IMG/VR virus record: IMGVR_UViG_2778261537_000014
Location: 1-21,495 of that record
Strand: one strand, 5' to 3'
From: a virus
Taxonomy: Duplodnaviria > Heunggongvirae > Uroviricota > Caudoviricetes
Length of the DNA stretch: 21,495 nucleotides
Below, one piece after another: positions 1 to 8,159 of the stretch (position 1 is its first letter; the number at the start of each line of letters is the position of its first letter). The translations under genes and the position numbers were made by a program. The notes beneath the pieces are model-generated. The model did no database searches. It was not told the origin of the DNA and saw nothing but the letters and a program-made list of their open reading frames with translations.

Positions 1-690
1 TCAAACCAGCGTGATGCCTGAAAAAACTGGTGTTTGCTGGAATTCTCGGTTTAGCATTGCTCCTATGCTCGACCGGAAGTATTCCGCCTGGACTTTGGAG
101 GCAGACAGGAAGATTTGCGGATCGCCTGTCATGACCGCGTTTTCAAAGGCTTCAAATGCAAAGTACCAGGTGGCACCGATCTGGCGGCTTTTAAGGATGT
201 TCCTGACCTGCTGGCCAATGTTCCTGCGCAGGTGTTTCTGGTATTCAAAAAGATGTTCTTCCGCCCAGGCGTCAAAATCCGCCTGGGTCAGAGAAGAAAT
301 ATCGTTTTTCCTGTTTTTACGTTTGGGGCGCGGTTCATCGCTGTTGCTGTCCCGCGCAGCTGCCTGCCCGTTACTCTGGCCACTGGCCATCTTTTCTTTA
401 TGCTTATTGCTTTGAGCACGCAGCTTTGTGGCGTGAGCAATCAGCATGTCCATTTCTTTCAGGTCGAGATCGGTTTTGTTATCGCGGCTTGCCAGCAGCT
501 GGTAGCGGCGTTCAATTGCCTCCTCTGTGCTTTCAAAACTGAGTAAATCCGCCCAGCTGTATTTCTCAGCCCAGTAGTAAACGATCCGCGCATTCGGCAG
601 ATTTAATTCTGATGCAATTTCTTTTGGCGTATAGCGGCGCAAATAAAGTGCGCGGACAACGCCTTTTAGTTCTTCTGAGTATTTAGCCAT
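1..690 (-). CDS. Terminase ATPase (large) subunit, gpP-like, short 229-aa ORF (possible N-terminal fragment)
   Basis: Divergent from the gpO-like gene as in P2 (P leftward, O rightward). N-terminal HTH-like segment (YTPKEIASELNLPNARIVYYW) and a terminase N-terminal-like motif (KSRQIGATWYFAFEAFENAV). Minus-strand stop TGA occupies window positions 1-3, so the ORF is only 229 codons, far shorter than the roughly 590 aa I recall for P2 gpP. Confidence 0.55.
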   Translation of the reverse strand: MAKYSEELKGVVRALYLRRYTPKEIASELNLPNARIVYYWAEKYSWADLLSFESTEEAIERRYQLLASRDNKTDLDLKEMDMLIAHATKLRAQSNKHKEKMASGQSNGQAAARDSNSDEPRPKRKNRKNDISSLTQADFDAWAEEHLFEYQKHLRRNIGQQVRNILKSRQIGATWYFAFEAFENAVMTGDPQIFLSASKVQAEYFRSSIGAMLNREFQQTPVFSGITLV

Positions 691-742
691 GCGGATAATT
701 ATGCCGTGGCTGTTATGAAAAAACGGTGGTGTTAATTCGCGT

Positions 743-771
743 CTGTTCGGTAATACGTGATAACCGAACTG
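743..771. promoter_or_regulatory. Imperfect dyad (CTGTTCGGTAAT-acgtg-ATAACCGAACTG, 10 of 12 arm positions symmetric) in the divergent P/O intergenic region; candidate late-activator or operator site
   Basis: Read directly from the sequence. It lies between the divergent gpP-like start (690) and gpO-like start (852), where P2-like phages carry divergent late promoters. No canonical TGT-N12-ACA Ogr site was found in 691-851. Confidence 0.3.
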
Positions 772-851
772 TTCAGAATAAAGCGTGATGCGGTGGTGGT
801 TTTATTTGGCAATAATTGATTTGCAGCGTCGGTGAATAAATCAGGGGGGAT

Positions 852-1655
852 ATGTCGCATTTAAAAACTGACTGGCTGTGTGTTGCTACCGAAGGGGATA
901 CCGTTGATGGCAGAGATATTAAACGTCAGTGGATTATCGATATGGGGGAAACCTATGACTATAACCACTATGTCGCTCTAATCTGGCCAGAACACGAGGA
1001 TAATTGCGGTAATTTTGGGGAGGTACTGGAAGCCACCTGGCATGATGGTGAGGACGGACTGGCGCGGCTTTACGTCAGCCTTTGCCCGAATATGCGTTTA
1101 ATTTTCGCCAACCATGAAGATCAGCTCCTGTTCTTCTCGATTGAACCGGAAGAAAACTGGCGCGGTAGTGGGCGTACATACCTCAAGGGGCTGGCGGTAA
1201 CAGATACTCCCGCCAGTGTTGGCACCACACGGCTGCGCTTTAGTAGTCGGCGCAAAAAATTATCTAAGCAGGGATATTACAGTTGTGTGATTTCCCGTGA
1301 TGGAAAAATTAAACAGGAAATACGAATGAAGAACTGGCAAAAATTGTTTGGTATTAAACCGAAGTTTGAAGATGAAACGCCGCCTGATGATACCGCGCAG
1401 GGTGATGATAAGTTACAGGCGCTGGCCAACGCGGTAAACGAACTGGAAGGCCGTGTGGCCAAAATTGAAAATCAGCTGAATGATGTTCAGGGTGATGTGG
1501 ATACCATTGCGGAAGTGGTCGATACCGAAGAATTTGCGGCTATTCGTGATAATGCAAAAGATATTGTTAAACGTTTTAACGATCTGGGTAATAAATCCAC
1601 CCGTGCACCAGGACGCAAGATTTCAGAAAAAGCGGGTAAATTTAATTTCCTGTAA
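852..1655 (+). CDS. Capsid scaffolding protein, gpO-like
   Basis: 267 aa. SD GGGGGGA just upstream. N-terminal motif (VATEGDTVDGRDI...) and the motif YLKGLAVTDTPASVGT resemble P2 gpO (GVEGDTCDGR..., YLVGLAVTDDPASLGT). Position immediately upstream of the capsid gene. Confidence 0.8.
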   Translation: MSHLKTDWLCVATEGDTVDGRDIKRQWIIDMGETYDYNHYVALIWPEHEDNCGNFGEVLEATWHDGEDGLARLYVSLCPNMRLIFANHEDQLLFFSIEPEENWRGSGRTYLKGLAVTDTPASVGTTRLRFSSRRKKLSKQGYYSCVISRDGKIKQEIRMKNWQKLFGIKPKFEDETPPDDTAQGDDKLQALANAVNELEGRVAKIENQLNDVQGDVDTIAEVVDTEEFAAIRDNAKDIVKRFNDLGNKSTRAPGRKISEKAGKFNFL

Positions 1656-1716
1656 TACGTTCTGACGTTAATTAGTACAAAACATTTTTATTATCGCTTA
1701 ATCGCGAGGGAGTTTT

Positions 1717-2739
1717 ATGCACCTTAATAATCGTGCACGGGATTTACTGGATAAATATTCGAGTGGTATGGCGCAGCAGTTTGGCGCACGTGATACCAGT
1801 CGTTATTTCTCCCTGAATGACCCGCAGGAAAATGCGCTGCGTCTGGCGCTGCTGGAGTCCGTGGAGTTCCTGAACATGATCACCTGTCTGGACGTTGACC
1901 AGCTGAGTGGCCAGGTGATTTCTGTTGGTTCCTCCGTGCTGCATACCGGCCGCAGTGAAAATGGCCGCTTTGTTCGTCAGGTTGGCGTGGACGGCAATGA
2001 CTATTCACTGGTTGAAACGGACAGCTGCGCCGCACTGCGCTGGGATCTGCTTTCGGTCTGGGCCAATGCCGGTAAGGACGAAAACGAGTTTTACAACCTG
2101 GTCCAGGCGTTTACCACACAGGCGTTTGCGCTGGATATGCTGCGTATTGGTTTTAACGGTAAGAGCCGTGCCAAAACGACGAATCCAACGGATAACCCGA
2201 ACGGCGAAGATGTCAACATCGGCTGGCATGAGCGTATGAAAACGCTGCTGGGTGGTAATCAGATTATGACCGATCCGGTCGTGCTGGATGAAGCCGGGGA
2301 TTACAAATCACTGGACGCAATGGCTTCAGACCTGATTAACGCCAAGATTCCGGCACAGTTCCGCAATGACCCGCGTCTGGTGGTTCTGGTCGGTGCCGAT
2401 CTGGTCGCCGCTGAACAGTACAGACTGTATCAGGCCGCAGACCGCCCGACTGAGAAAATTGCGGCGCAGATGCTGGGCAGCACCATTGCTGGCCGTCCTG
2501 CTGTTATCCCGCCGTTTATGCCGGGTAAACGTATGGTCGTCACGCCGCTTTCTAATTTGCATATCTACACCCAGCGCAACACCCGCATGCGTAAGGCGGA
2601 ATTTGTTGAAGATCGTAAGCAGTTCGAAAACAAATACCTGCGCAATGAAGGTTACGCGGTTGAAGTGCCGGAGCTGTACGCGGCCATTGATGAATCCGCC
2701 GTGACCATTGGCAAGGTTTCCGAACCGGCAGAGGGCTGA
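1717..2739 (+). CDS. Major capsid protein, gpN-like
   Basis: 340 aa. SD GAGGGAG. Several blocks resemble P2 gpN from memory (IGFNGKSRAKTTNPTD..., GWHERMK, GDYKSLDAM, DPRLVVLVGADLVA, and a C-terminal ...TIGKVSEPAEG-type tail). Confidence 0.85.
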   Translation: MHLNNRARDLLDKYSSGMAQQFGARDTSRYFSLNDPQENALRLALLESVEFLNMITCLDVDQLSGQVISVGSSVLHTGRSENGRFVRQVGVDGNDYSLVETDSCAALRWDLLSVWANAGKDENEFYNLVQAFTTQAFALDMLRIGFNGKSRAKTTNPTDNPNGEDVNIGWHERMKTLLGGNQIMTDPVVLDEAGDYKSLDAMASDLINAKIPAQFRNDPRLVVLVGADLVAAEQYRLYQAADRPTEKIAAQMLGSTIAGRPAVIPPFMPGKRMVVTPLSNLHIYTQRNTRMRKAEFVEDRKQFENKYLRNEGYAVEVPELYAAIDESAVTIGKVSEPAEG

Positions 2740-2742
2740 TAG

Positions 2743-3444
2743 ATGGCACTTTCTCCCGCGCAGCGCCACAGCCAGCGCATTGCGATGGAACAAAAGCTGA
2801 AACGCAGCCAGGCACTGGAAACCACGGAAAGCATGCACCTGCTGATTAAGGCGCTTGAAGCGGATGTGGAACATTGCCGCAACCTGCCGACGATCGCGGA
2901 TCGCGTTGAGTTTAAGCGGGATGTGTTGCTGCCGCGCTGGACACCGACTGTGGAAGCCTATCTGGAAAGCGGGCAGGTGTACGCCAACCCGGTATTTGCC
3001 TGGTGTGTTATCTGGCTGTTTGACGTGGGCGATCTGGATAAGGCGCTGGACTGGGCTGACATTGCAATCAGCCAGCAGCAGGCAACCCCGGATCGGTTAC
3101 GCAGCAATTTTCCCACGTTCGTGGCCGATACGATGCTGGCCTGGGCGCAGGAAACATCGGGGCGCGGGGAAAGTGTTGAGCCGTATTTCTCCCGCACATT
3201 TGAGCGTGTCGCCAGTACCTGGCGGCTGCATGAACAGGTCACGGCCAAGTGGTTTAAGTTCGCGGGGTTGAGGCTGCTGCGCAGCGAAGATGGCCAGACA
3301 ACGGCTGCGAGTGTGGATGATATCGAAACGCTGGTGAAGGCTGATCGGTTGCTGGCCACCGCAGAAAAATACTATCTAAAAATCAGCGTCAAAACGGCAC
3401 GGCAGACGATTGCCGCCCGTATCCGAAAACTGACGCAGGGGTAA
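2743..3444 (+). CDS. Terminase endonuclease (small) subunit, gpM-like
   Basis: 233 aa. Starts 3 nt after the capsid stop. N-terminus MALSPAQRHSQRIAM resembles P2 gpM (MTSPAQRHMMRV...). Gene order O-N-M. Confidence 0.8.
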   Translation: MALSPAQRHSQRIAMEQKLKRSQALETTESMHLLIKALEADVEHCRNLPTIADRVEFKRDVLLPRWTPTVEAYLESGQVYANPVFAWCVIWLFDVGDLDKALDWADIAISQQQATPDRLRSNFPTFVADTMLAWAQETSGRGESVEPYFSRTFERVASTWRLHEQVTAKWFKFAGLRLLRSEDGQTTAASVDDIETLVKADRLLATAEKYYLKISVKTARQTIAARIRKLTQG

Positions 3445-3540
3445 AGACTACCGCAAGCCAGGCGGACGCGGTGGAGGGCAGAACACTCCGTGTGTCACTG
3501 TGCCGTGGAAACCGGTCAGTCCGCCTTTTTCGGGGGAATT

Positions 3541-3993
3541 ATGTTTAGCGGAAAACCGCTGGATTATCAGGATGAACCGCTGACGAATAACGGGTTCTGG
3601 CCGGATCTGAATCTGAAGGACTTTCAGGCGCAGCGGTCACTGCCAGCCGATATCGACGCAGACACCATCAGCCAGGCGCTGCTGGCCGCTGTCGCGGAGG
3701 TGAATGCCGAGCTGGAAAACGTGGAGGCCAGCTGGAAAGCAAAAGGCCACACGCTGGCAGCAGATGTTCCGGGCGTAAAAATGGGCGGGCTTAACAGTCT
3801 GTGTGCCCAGTACATGAAAGCGGTATTTGCCAGGGCAAAAGCGGATCTGCTGGGGGAGTTCGCCACTGTCGGGCGACGTGAAACCCATCCGGGGCAGGAG
3901 AGTATGGAAACCCGCGCCGGGTTACTGGCTGAGGCTTCAGTGGTTATCCGTCGCATGAAGGGGCTTAAACGGGCAACGGTGAAAAAAGTATGA
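3541..3993 (+). CDS. Head completion/stabilization protein, gpL-like
   Basis: Start chosen at the internal ATG at 3541 (SD GGGGGAA 6-8 nt upstream) rather than the ORF-track ATG at 3490. Motifs FWPDLNLKDF, EVNAELENVEA and AADVPG resemble P2 gpL as I recall it. Follows gpM. Confidence 0.75.
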   Translation: MFSGKPLDYQDEPLTNNGFWPDLNLKDFQAQRSLPADIDADTISQALLAAVAEVNAELENVEASWKAKGHTLAADVPGVKMGGLNSLCAQYMKAVFARAKADLLGEFATVGRRETHPGQESMETRAGLLAEASVVIRRMKGLKRATVKKV

Positions 3994-4496
3994 GCCAGAC
4001 ACAGCTTGAGAGCCTGACCGCATTTTTTCAGCAAAACGTGCCGCCGCGCGCCATGCAGTCATTTGACAGTGTGCTGGATGAAATGAAGTTCATCCCTGCC
4101 GCGAAGGATTACGGGCTGGGGCAGTACCGCCAAGCGGTGATTCGCTATGACGCGGTAATCAGCTGGCAGCGTTTCCCGTATCGCCTGTGTCCGCCGCAGT
4201 TGCTTATGTCACTGCTGGCTGCGTGGCTGGATGAGGCTGACAGGGAATTACTGGATGAAGTCGGGCTGACTGAGGCCGAACCGGACTGGGACGTGTCCGT
4301 GGAGGATGAGGAAACCGCCACCATTGTGCTGACGGTACCGATGGCGGAAGAACTGGTGATCAGGGAGGACGAACACGGGGCGATCCCGTGGCAGGGGAAA
4401 CGCTGGTCGCTGGTTAACCCTGAAGTCTGGATAGCGATCACCGCCAATATTTATGGCGTGGATGAAACCGGTGCGCCGGTAGGCGGTAACGAATGA
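3990..4496 (+). CDS. Putative tail completion protein, gpR-like
   Basis: 168 aa. ATGA start/stop overlap with the gpL-like gene. Position after the head-completion gene and a weak resemblance (LLMSLLAAWLDE versus the P2 gpR LLIVPVLAWLRE-type segment). Assignment is tentative. Confidence 0.4.
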   Translation: MSQTQLESLTAFFQQNVPPRAMQSFDSVLDEMKFIPAAKDYGLGQYRQAVIRYDAVISWQRFPYRLCPPQLLMSLLAAWLDEADRELLDEVGLTEAEPDWDVSVEDEETATIVLTVPMAEELVIREDEHGAIPWQGKRWSLVNPEVWIAITANIYGVDETGAPVGGNE

Positions 4497-5200
4497 TTGC
4501 CGGTGGCGAGTTGAATAAAAAACAGCTGGCAGAGTTGCGCAAATCACTGGCCAGCATGGAGCTGCCGCCCAAAAAGCGCCAGCGTCTTATCTGGAGGCTG
4601 GCCAAATACGGTGTGATTGCCGCCGCAAAACGGCATGTTCGCAATCAGGAAGCACCGGATGGCCAGAAGTGGCCGGGGCGTAAAACGAAGCGCAAAGGGA
4701 AGATGCTGCGGAACCTGCCAAAACTGCTGCATATCCGTGAAATGCCAGAAATTCAGGCGGTGCGGATTTATTTGCAGGGCGGTGGCTACCGGAACGGGGA
4801 AACGCCGGTACCGGCCGGGACAGTCGGATATGCGCAACAAAACGGGATGCGCGTCAGTGCCAGCCGTCGCAGCCAGCCACGGAAGGCGCAGGCCGGAAAA
4901 ATGGCCACGCCAGCCCAGGCCAAAAAACTGCGGGCGCTGGGGTACCGGGTACGCACCGGTAAACGCTGGAAAAAGCCCACGCTGGGCGAGTTAACCCAAA
5001 CGATGCCATACAGCCGGGCGGGGTTACTGATTCGAAAACTCAGCGGTAAGGCGGTGAAAACCAGCTGGACAGTGGATCTTCCTGCCCGTGTCTTTCTGGG
5101 CATGAGTGACGATGAATTTGATAACGCGCTGGCGCGTCAGCTTCAGGCCATCGGCTTTGGCTGGGATGTTAAGGCGCAGGATATTAAGGGGAAAGCATGA
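4493..5200 (+). CDS. Putative virion morphogenesis / tail completion protein, gpS-like
   Basis: 235 aa with a basic-rich central region. ATGA overlap with the upstream gene and with the downstream sheath-like gene. Call rests on synteny only. Confidence 0.4.
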   Translation: MIAGGELNKKQLAELRKSLASMELPPKKRQRLIWRLAKYGVIAAAKRHVRNQEAPDGQKWPGRKTKRKGKMLRNLPKLLHIREMPEIQAVRIYLQGGGYRNGETPVPAGTVGYAQQNGMRVSASRRSQPRKAQAGKMATPAQAKKLRALGYRVRTGKRWKKPTLGELTQTMPYSRAGLLIRKLSGKAVKTSWTVDLPARVFLGMSDDEFDNALARQLQAIGFGWDVKAQDIKGKA

Positions 5201-6324
5201 CCTGGCCAAACGTGACCGTGAACCAGGTAAACCAGTTGCTGGGTGAAACCAATGAAGTGGAGCGCACGCTGCTGTTTATCGGTACGGGTACCAAAAATGT
5301 GGGGAAAACGCTGGCAGTGAATGCCCAGAGTGATTTTGATGCACTGCTGGGAGAAGGGGAAAGCCCGCTGAAAAACGATGTTCTGGCGGCACTGGCAAAC
5401 GCCGGTCAGAACTGGTGGGCATTTATGCATGTGCTGCCCGCAGATGCTGAGGACGATGCCTGGGTGAAAGCGGTTCTGGCCGCACAGGTGGTGTGTTCGG
5501 TGGAAGGGGTGGTGCTGTCCAGTGATGTGACGGCAAAAGCTCAAGTGAATCAGGCGGCGACGTTACGATCCACGCTGATTTCCAAATATGGGCGCTGGGT
5601 GTGGTTCATCCTGGCCGTGCAGGGAATGCAGGAAGAAGAAGGCCAGGCGGATTACCTGACCCGTGTGTCTGCTATCCAGGACGGTATAGCAGAGAAGGCG
5701 GTGCAGCTGATCCCGCGTCTGTGGGGAAATGAGCCGGGTGTGCTGGCTGGCCGTCTGTGTAGCCGTGCCGTGACTATCGCAGACAGTCCCGCCCGTGTGA
5801 AAACCGGGGCGCTGCTGAATCTGGGCAGTGATGAAATGCCGGTTGATGGTACCGGAGCGGTACTGGAGCTGGCCACGCTTAAGGCACTGGAAGCGCAGCG
5901 CTTTAGTGTGCCGATGTGGTACCCGGATTATGACGGTTTTTACTGGGCTGACGGGCGAACGCTGGATGTGGAAGGCGGCGATTACCAGTCGATTGAAACC
6001 CTGCGTGTTGCCGATAAAGCGGCGCGTCGTGTACGTCTGCTGGCTATCAGCAAAATTGCGGATCGTTCACTCAACAGCACACCGGGCAGCATTGCTGCAC
6101 ACCAGACGCTGTTTGCACGTCCACTGCGTGAAATGTCCACAGCGGCCAGTATCAATGGCGTGTCATTTCCGGGGGAAGTGAAGCCGCCGCAGGATGGTGA
6201 TGTGATCATTGTCTGGAAGAACAAAAAGACGGTGGATATTTATCTGGTGGTACGCACCTGGGAAGTCCCGCTGCAAATCACCATCAGTCTGTTACTGGAT
6301 GCCAGTCTGGAGGCCGCTGCATGA
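5197..6324 (+). CDS. Putative contractile tail sheath protein
   Basis: 375 aa. Immediately upstream of a roughly 150-aa tube-sized gene and downstream of the completion genes. Size is comparable to P2 FI. Call is by synteny; no direct sequence match recalled. Confidence 0.55.
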   Translation: MTWPNVTVNQVNQLLGETNEVERTLLFIGTGTKNVGKTLAVNAQSDFDALLGEGESPLKNDVLAALANAGQNWWAFMHVLPADAEDDAWVKAVLAAQVVCSVEGVVLSSDVTAKAQVNQAATLRSTLISKYGRWVWFILAVQGMQEEEGQADYLTRVSAIQDGIAEKAVQLIPRLWGNEPGVLAGRLCSRAVTIADSPARVKTGALLNLGSDEMPVDGTGAVLELATLKALEAQRFSVPMWYPDYDGFYWADGRTLDVEGGDYQSIETLRVADKAARRVRLLAISKIADRSLNSTPGSIAAHQTLFARPLREMSTAASINGVSFPGEVKPPQDGDVIIVWKNKKTVDIYLVVRTWEVPLQITISLLLDASLEAAA

Positions 6325-6776
6325 GTAAACGTATTTCGGGTATGTCGTTTGATACCTATCTTGACGGCGATCTGATCCACATCGAGAAAATCACGCTCGA
6401 TATCACGGATAACAGCGCCGCCGCCCAGACCCGTGGTGTGCCGGATGGCCATACTGATGGCGATGTGGCCGCAGAGGGAGAAATTGAAGTCAGTTCCAAA
6501 GTGCTGGGCGTACTGACAGCCAAAGCCCGCGCCGCAGGTTCGTGGCGCGGTATTCCTCCACTGGATTTCCTTTTCTATGCCAAAGCGGGCAGCGAAGAAA
6601 TGAAAGTGGAATCGTTCGGCAACAAACTCCAGCTAAGTAATCTGCTGGATATCGATCCCAAGGGCGGCGGTGTGGCGACGCACAAAATCAAATATTTTGT
6701 GACCAGTCCCAAGTTCGTGAACATCAACGGTGTGCCGTATCTGGAAGCGGAAGCCACGGAAAACCTGATCGGATAA
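6321..6776 (+). CDS. Putative tail tube protein
   Basis: 151 aa. ATGA overlap with the sheath-like gene. Size and position are consistent with an FII-like tube protein. Confidence 0.5.
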   Translation: MSKRISGMSFDTYLDGDLIHIEKITLDITDNSAAAQTRGVPDGHTDGDVAAEGEIEVSSKVLGVLTAKARAAGSWRGIPPLDFLFYAKAGSEEMKVESFGNKLQLSNLLDIDPKGGGVATHKIKYFVTSPKFVNINGVPYLEAEATENLIG

Positions 6777-6786
6777 GGAAGCCGGA

Positions 6787-7089
6787 ATGCAGGAACATGA
6801 AAAGAGCCTTTATTCACTGCTGATTATGGGGGCGCTCATTGCTGTTGCGAAGGTGCTGGCCAGTGATGATCCCATTACACCGCGCCTGTTTATCAGCCGT
6901 GTGATCCTGGGCAGTTTTGTTTCAGTCATCGCTGGCGCGGCGCTGATTCAAATCCCGGAGGCCAGCCCGCTGGCTATTCAGGGGCTGGGGGCTGCGCTGG
7001 GTATTGCTGGTTATCAGGCTGTTGAAATGTGGCTGCGCAGACGTGCAGCGGGAAAGAAGAACGGGAGCGTGACAAATGACCCTGAGTGA
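6787..7089 (+). CDS. Holin
   Basis: 100 aa with three hydrophobic helices (LYSLLIMGALIAVAKVLA, ISRVILGSFVSVIAGAALI, LAIQGLGAALGIAGYQAV) and a charged C-terminus. Strong SD AGGAAG 5 nt upstream. Directly precedes the endolysin. Confidence 0.7.
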   Translation: MQEHEKSLYSLLIMGALIAVAKVLASDDPITPRLFISRVILGSFVSVIAGAALIQIPEASPLAIQGLGAALGIAGYQAVEMWLRRRAAGKKNGSVTNDPE

Positions 7090-7417
7090 AAAGCAGCAAC
7101 TGTTTACCGTCATGGTGGCCAACCTGATCCACTGGGCGGAAGAACGAGGCTACCGGCTGACGTTTGGTGAAGCGTACCGCACCCCGGAACAGGCGGCGCT
7201 GAACGCGAAGAAGGGCAGCGGCATTTCTAACAGTCTGCACACCCAGCGTCTGGCCGTGGATTTTAATCTGTTTGTGAATGGCCAGTACCAGACCCGTACA
7301 GAGGACTATCTGCCACTGGGTGAATACTGGGAATCACTGGGCGGAAGCTGGGGCGGGCGCTTCAAATCCAGACCGGATGGTAATCATTTCAGCCTGGAAC
7401 ATAACGGGGTGCGCTGA
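7076..7417 (+). CDS. Endolysin, peptidase M15 family (zinc D-Ala-D-Ala carboxypeptidase / L-Ala-D-Glu peptidase-like)
   Basis: 113 aa. Metal-ligand-like pattern SLHTQRLAVDF ... GGSWGGRF ... DGNHFSLEH, typical of the M15 H-x6-D...H-x-H arrangement. SD GGGAG 8 nt upstream. Overlaps the holin stop. Confidence 0.8.
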   Translation: MTLSEKQQLFTVMVANLIHWAEERGYRLTFGEAYRTPEQAALNAKKGSGISNSLHTQRLAVDFNLFVNGQYQTRTEDYLPLGEYWESLGGSWGGRFKSRPDGNHFSLEHNGVR

Positions 7418-7797
7418 TGAGTCACGCGCAGTGGCTGGTTGTGGTGGCGCTGGCGTTTGTCTGGGGCTGGCTGACAGCTGACTGGCGGCGCGACAGTCTG
7501 GAGCTGGCAATCAATACGGCGGCGCAGGTGGCTGGTAATGAATCGCGAAAGGTTATGCAGGGCATTGCCAGTGATTCCGCCAGGGCGCTGGAAGATAAAC
7601 TGGAGGCGCTAAGAAATGCGCAACCGCGAGAGATCCGCACGGAAGTGCTTAAGCCGGTTTTTACTAACAGGTGCCTGTCTGATGAGTTTGTCAGCATGTA
7701 CAACAGCGCCGTCGCCGGTACCGAACGTGCGTTATCAGGAAAACCTGAAAACACGATGCGCCACGCAGCTGCCGCGCCTGAACGGGGCAACAGGTAA
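7417..7797 (+). CDS. i-spanin, Rz / LysB-like
   Basis: 126 aa with an N-terminal transmembrane segment (WLVVVALAFVWGWL) followed by a charged, helical periplasmic region. Start shares one base with the endolysin stop (TGATG). Contains an embedded lipoprotein ORF in another frame. Confidence 0.6.
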   Translation: MSHAQWLVVVALAFVWGWLTADWRRDSLELAINTAAQVAGNESRKVMQGIASDSARALEDKLEALRNAQPREIRTEVLKPVFTNRCLSDEFVSMYNSAVAGTERALSGKPENTMRHAAAAPERGNR

Positions 7798-7915
7798 AGA
7801 TGCAGCGGAACTGCTGACTGTTTACCTTGAAATATATGGCCAGTGTGCGGCGCGTCATAATCAGTTAGTCGATGAAATTAATTTAAGAGAACGTGTTATT
7901 TATGGAACAAATTAA
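7616..7915 (+). CDS. o-spanin, Rz1 / LysC-like outer-membrane lipoprotein (overlapped architecture)
   Basis: ORF in the +1 frame starting inside the Rz-like gene and running past its stop. Lipobox L-S-A-C after a signal-like segment (FLLTGACLMSLSAC) and a Pro-rich mature N-terminus (CTTAPSPVPN). GGAGG about 10 nt upstream of the ATG. Confidence 0.55.
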   Translation: MRNRERSARKCLSRFLLTGACLMSLSACTTAPSPVPNVRYQENLKTRCATQLPRLNGATGKDAAELLTVYLEIYGQCAARHNQLVDEINLRERVIYGTN

Positions 7916-8159
7916 ACTGAGCGTTTGTGGTGCAGATATTGTTTTTGAACCTAATCAGACTGCTTACAATAAACTGATTAATGAAATGGCAATGGATAAT
8001 AAAGTTGCACCTGCAAATAATTATCTGATGCGTATTGTTACCCCAGAAACGAAAGAAGCACTGATTGACGTATTAAAACGTCCGGGTGCAGCGTTGCAAC
8101 TGGTCAGTAAGGTTAATGATATTTACGCGCCGGAACTGGAGATTGAAGTAAAAAACTGA
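7902..8159 (+). CDS. Tail assembly chaperone (P2 gpE / lambda gpG analogue), zero-frame product
   Basis: Small acidic protein immediately upstream of the tape measure gene. ATG at 7902 is preferred over the ORF-track GTG at 7893. Ends at TGA 8157-8159, directly after the heptamer A_AAA_AAC. Confidence 0.65.
   Translation: MEQIKLSVCGADIVFEPNQTAYNKLINEMAMDNKVAPANNYLMRIVTPETKEALIDVLKRPGAALQLVSKVNDIYAPELEIEVKN

Noticed and set aside
11-546. Plus-strand ORFs 11-415 and 115-546
   Set aside because: Antisense to the gpP-like terminase ORF. Composition is not protein-like (Cys/Trp/Arg-rich) and there is no independent support.
691-851. Canonical P2 Ogr late-activator site (TGT-N12-ACA) in the P/O intergenic region
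   Set aside because: I checked every TGT in the interval and none has ACA 12 nt downstream. Only the differently spaced dyad at 743-771 was found.
2326-2874. 182-aa minus-strand ORF, and similar minus-strand ORFs at 1744-1944, 2005-2229, 2552-2815, 2652-2882 and 2958-3359
   Set aside because: They lie antisense inside the well-supported capsid and small-terminase genes, with no SD or homology signal. These are typical spurious ORFs in GC-rich coding DNA.
3490-3540. Upstream extension of the gpL-like ORF (ORF-track start MCHCAVETGQ...)
   Set aside because: There is no SD before 3490, whereas the internal ATG at 3541 has GGGGGAA at the proper spacing. The extension is Cys-rich and unlike head completion proteins.
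3624-5209. Multiple minus-strand and alternate-frame ORFs (for example 3624-4034, 4145-4447, 4248-4547, 4544-4840, 4617-4994, 4786-5103, 5024-5209)
   Set aside because: All are embedded within the tightly overlapping plus-strand tail-completion genes and lack start contexts. Judged to be frame noise.
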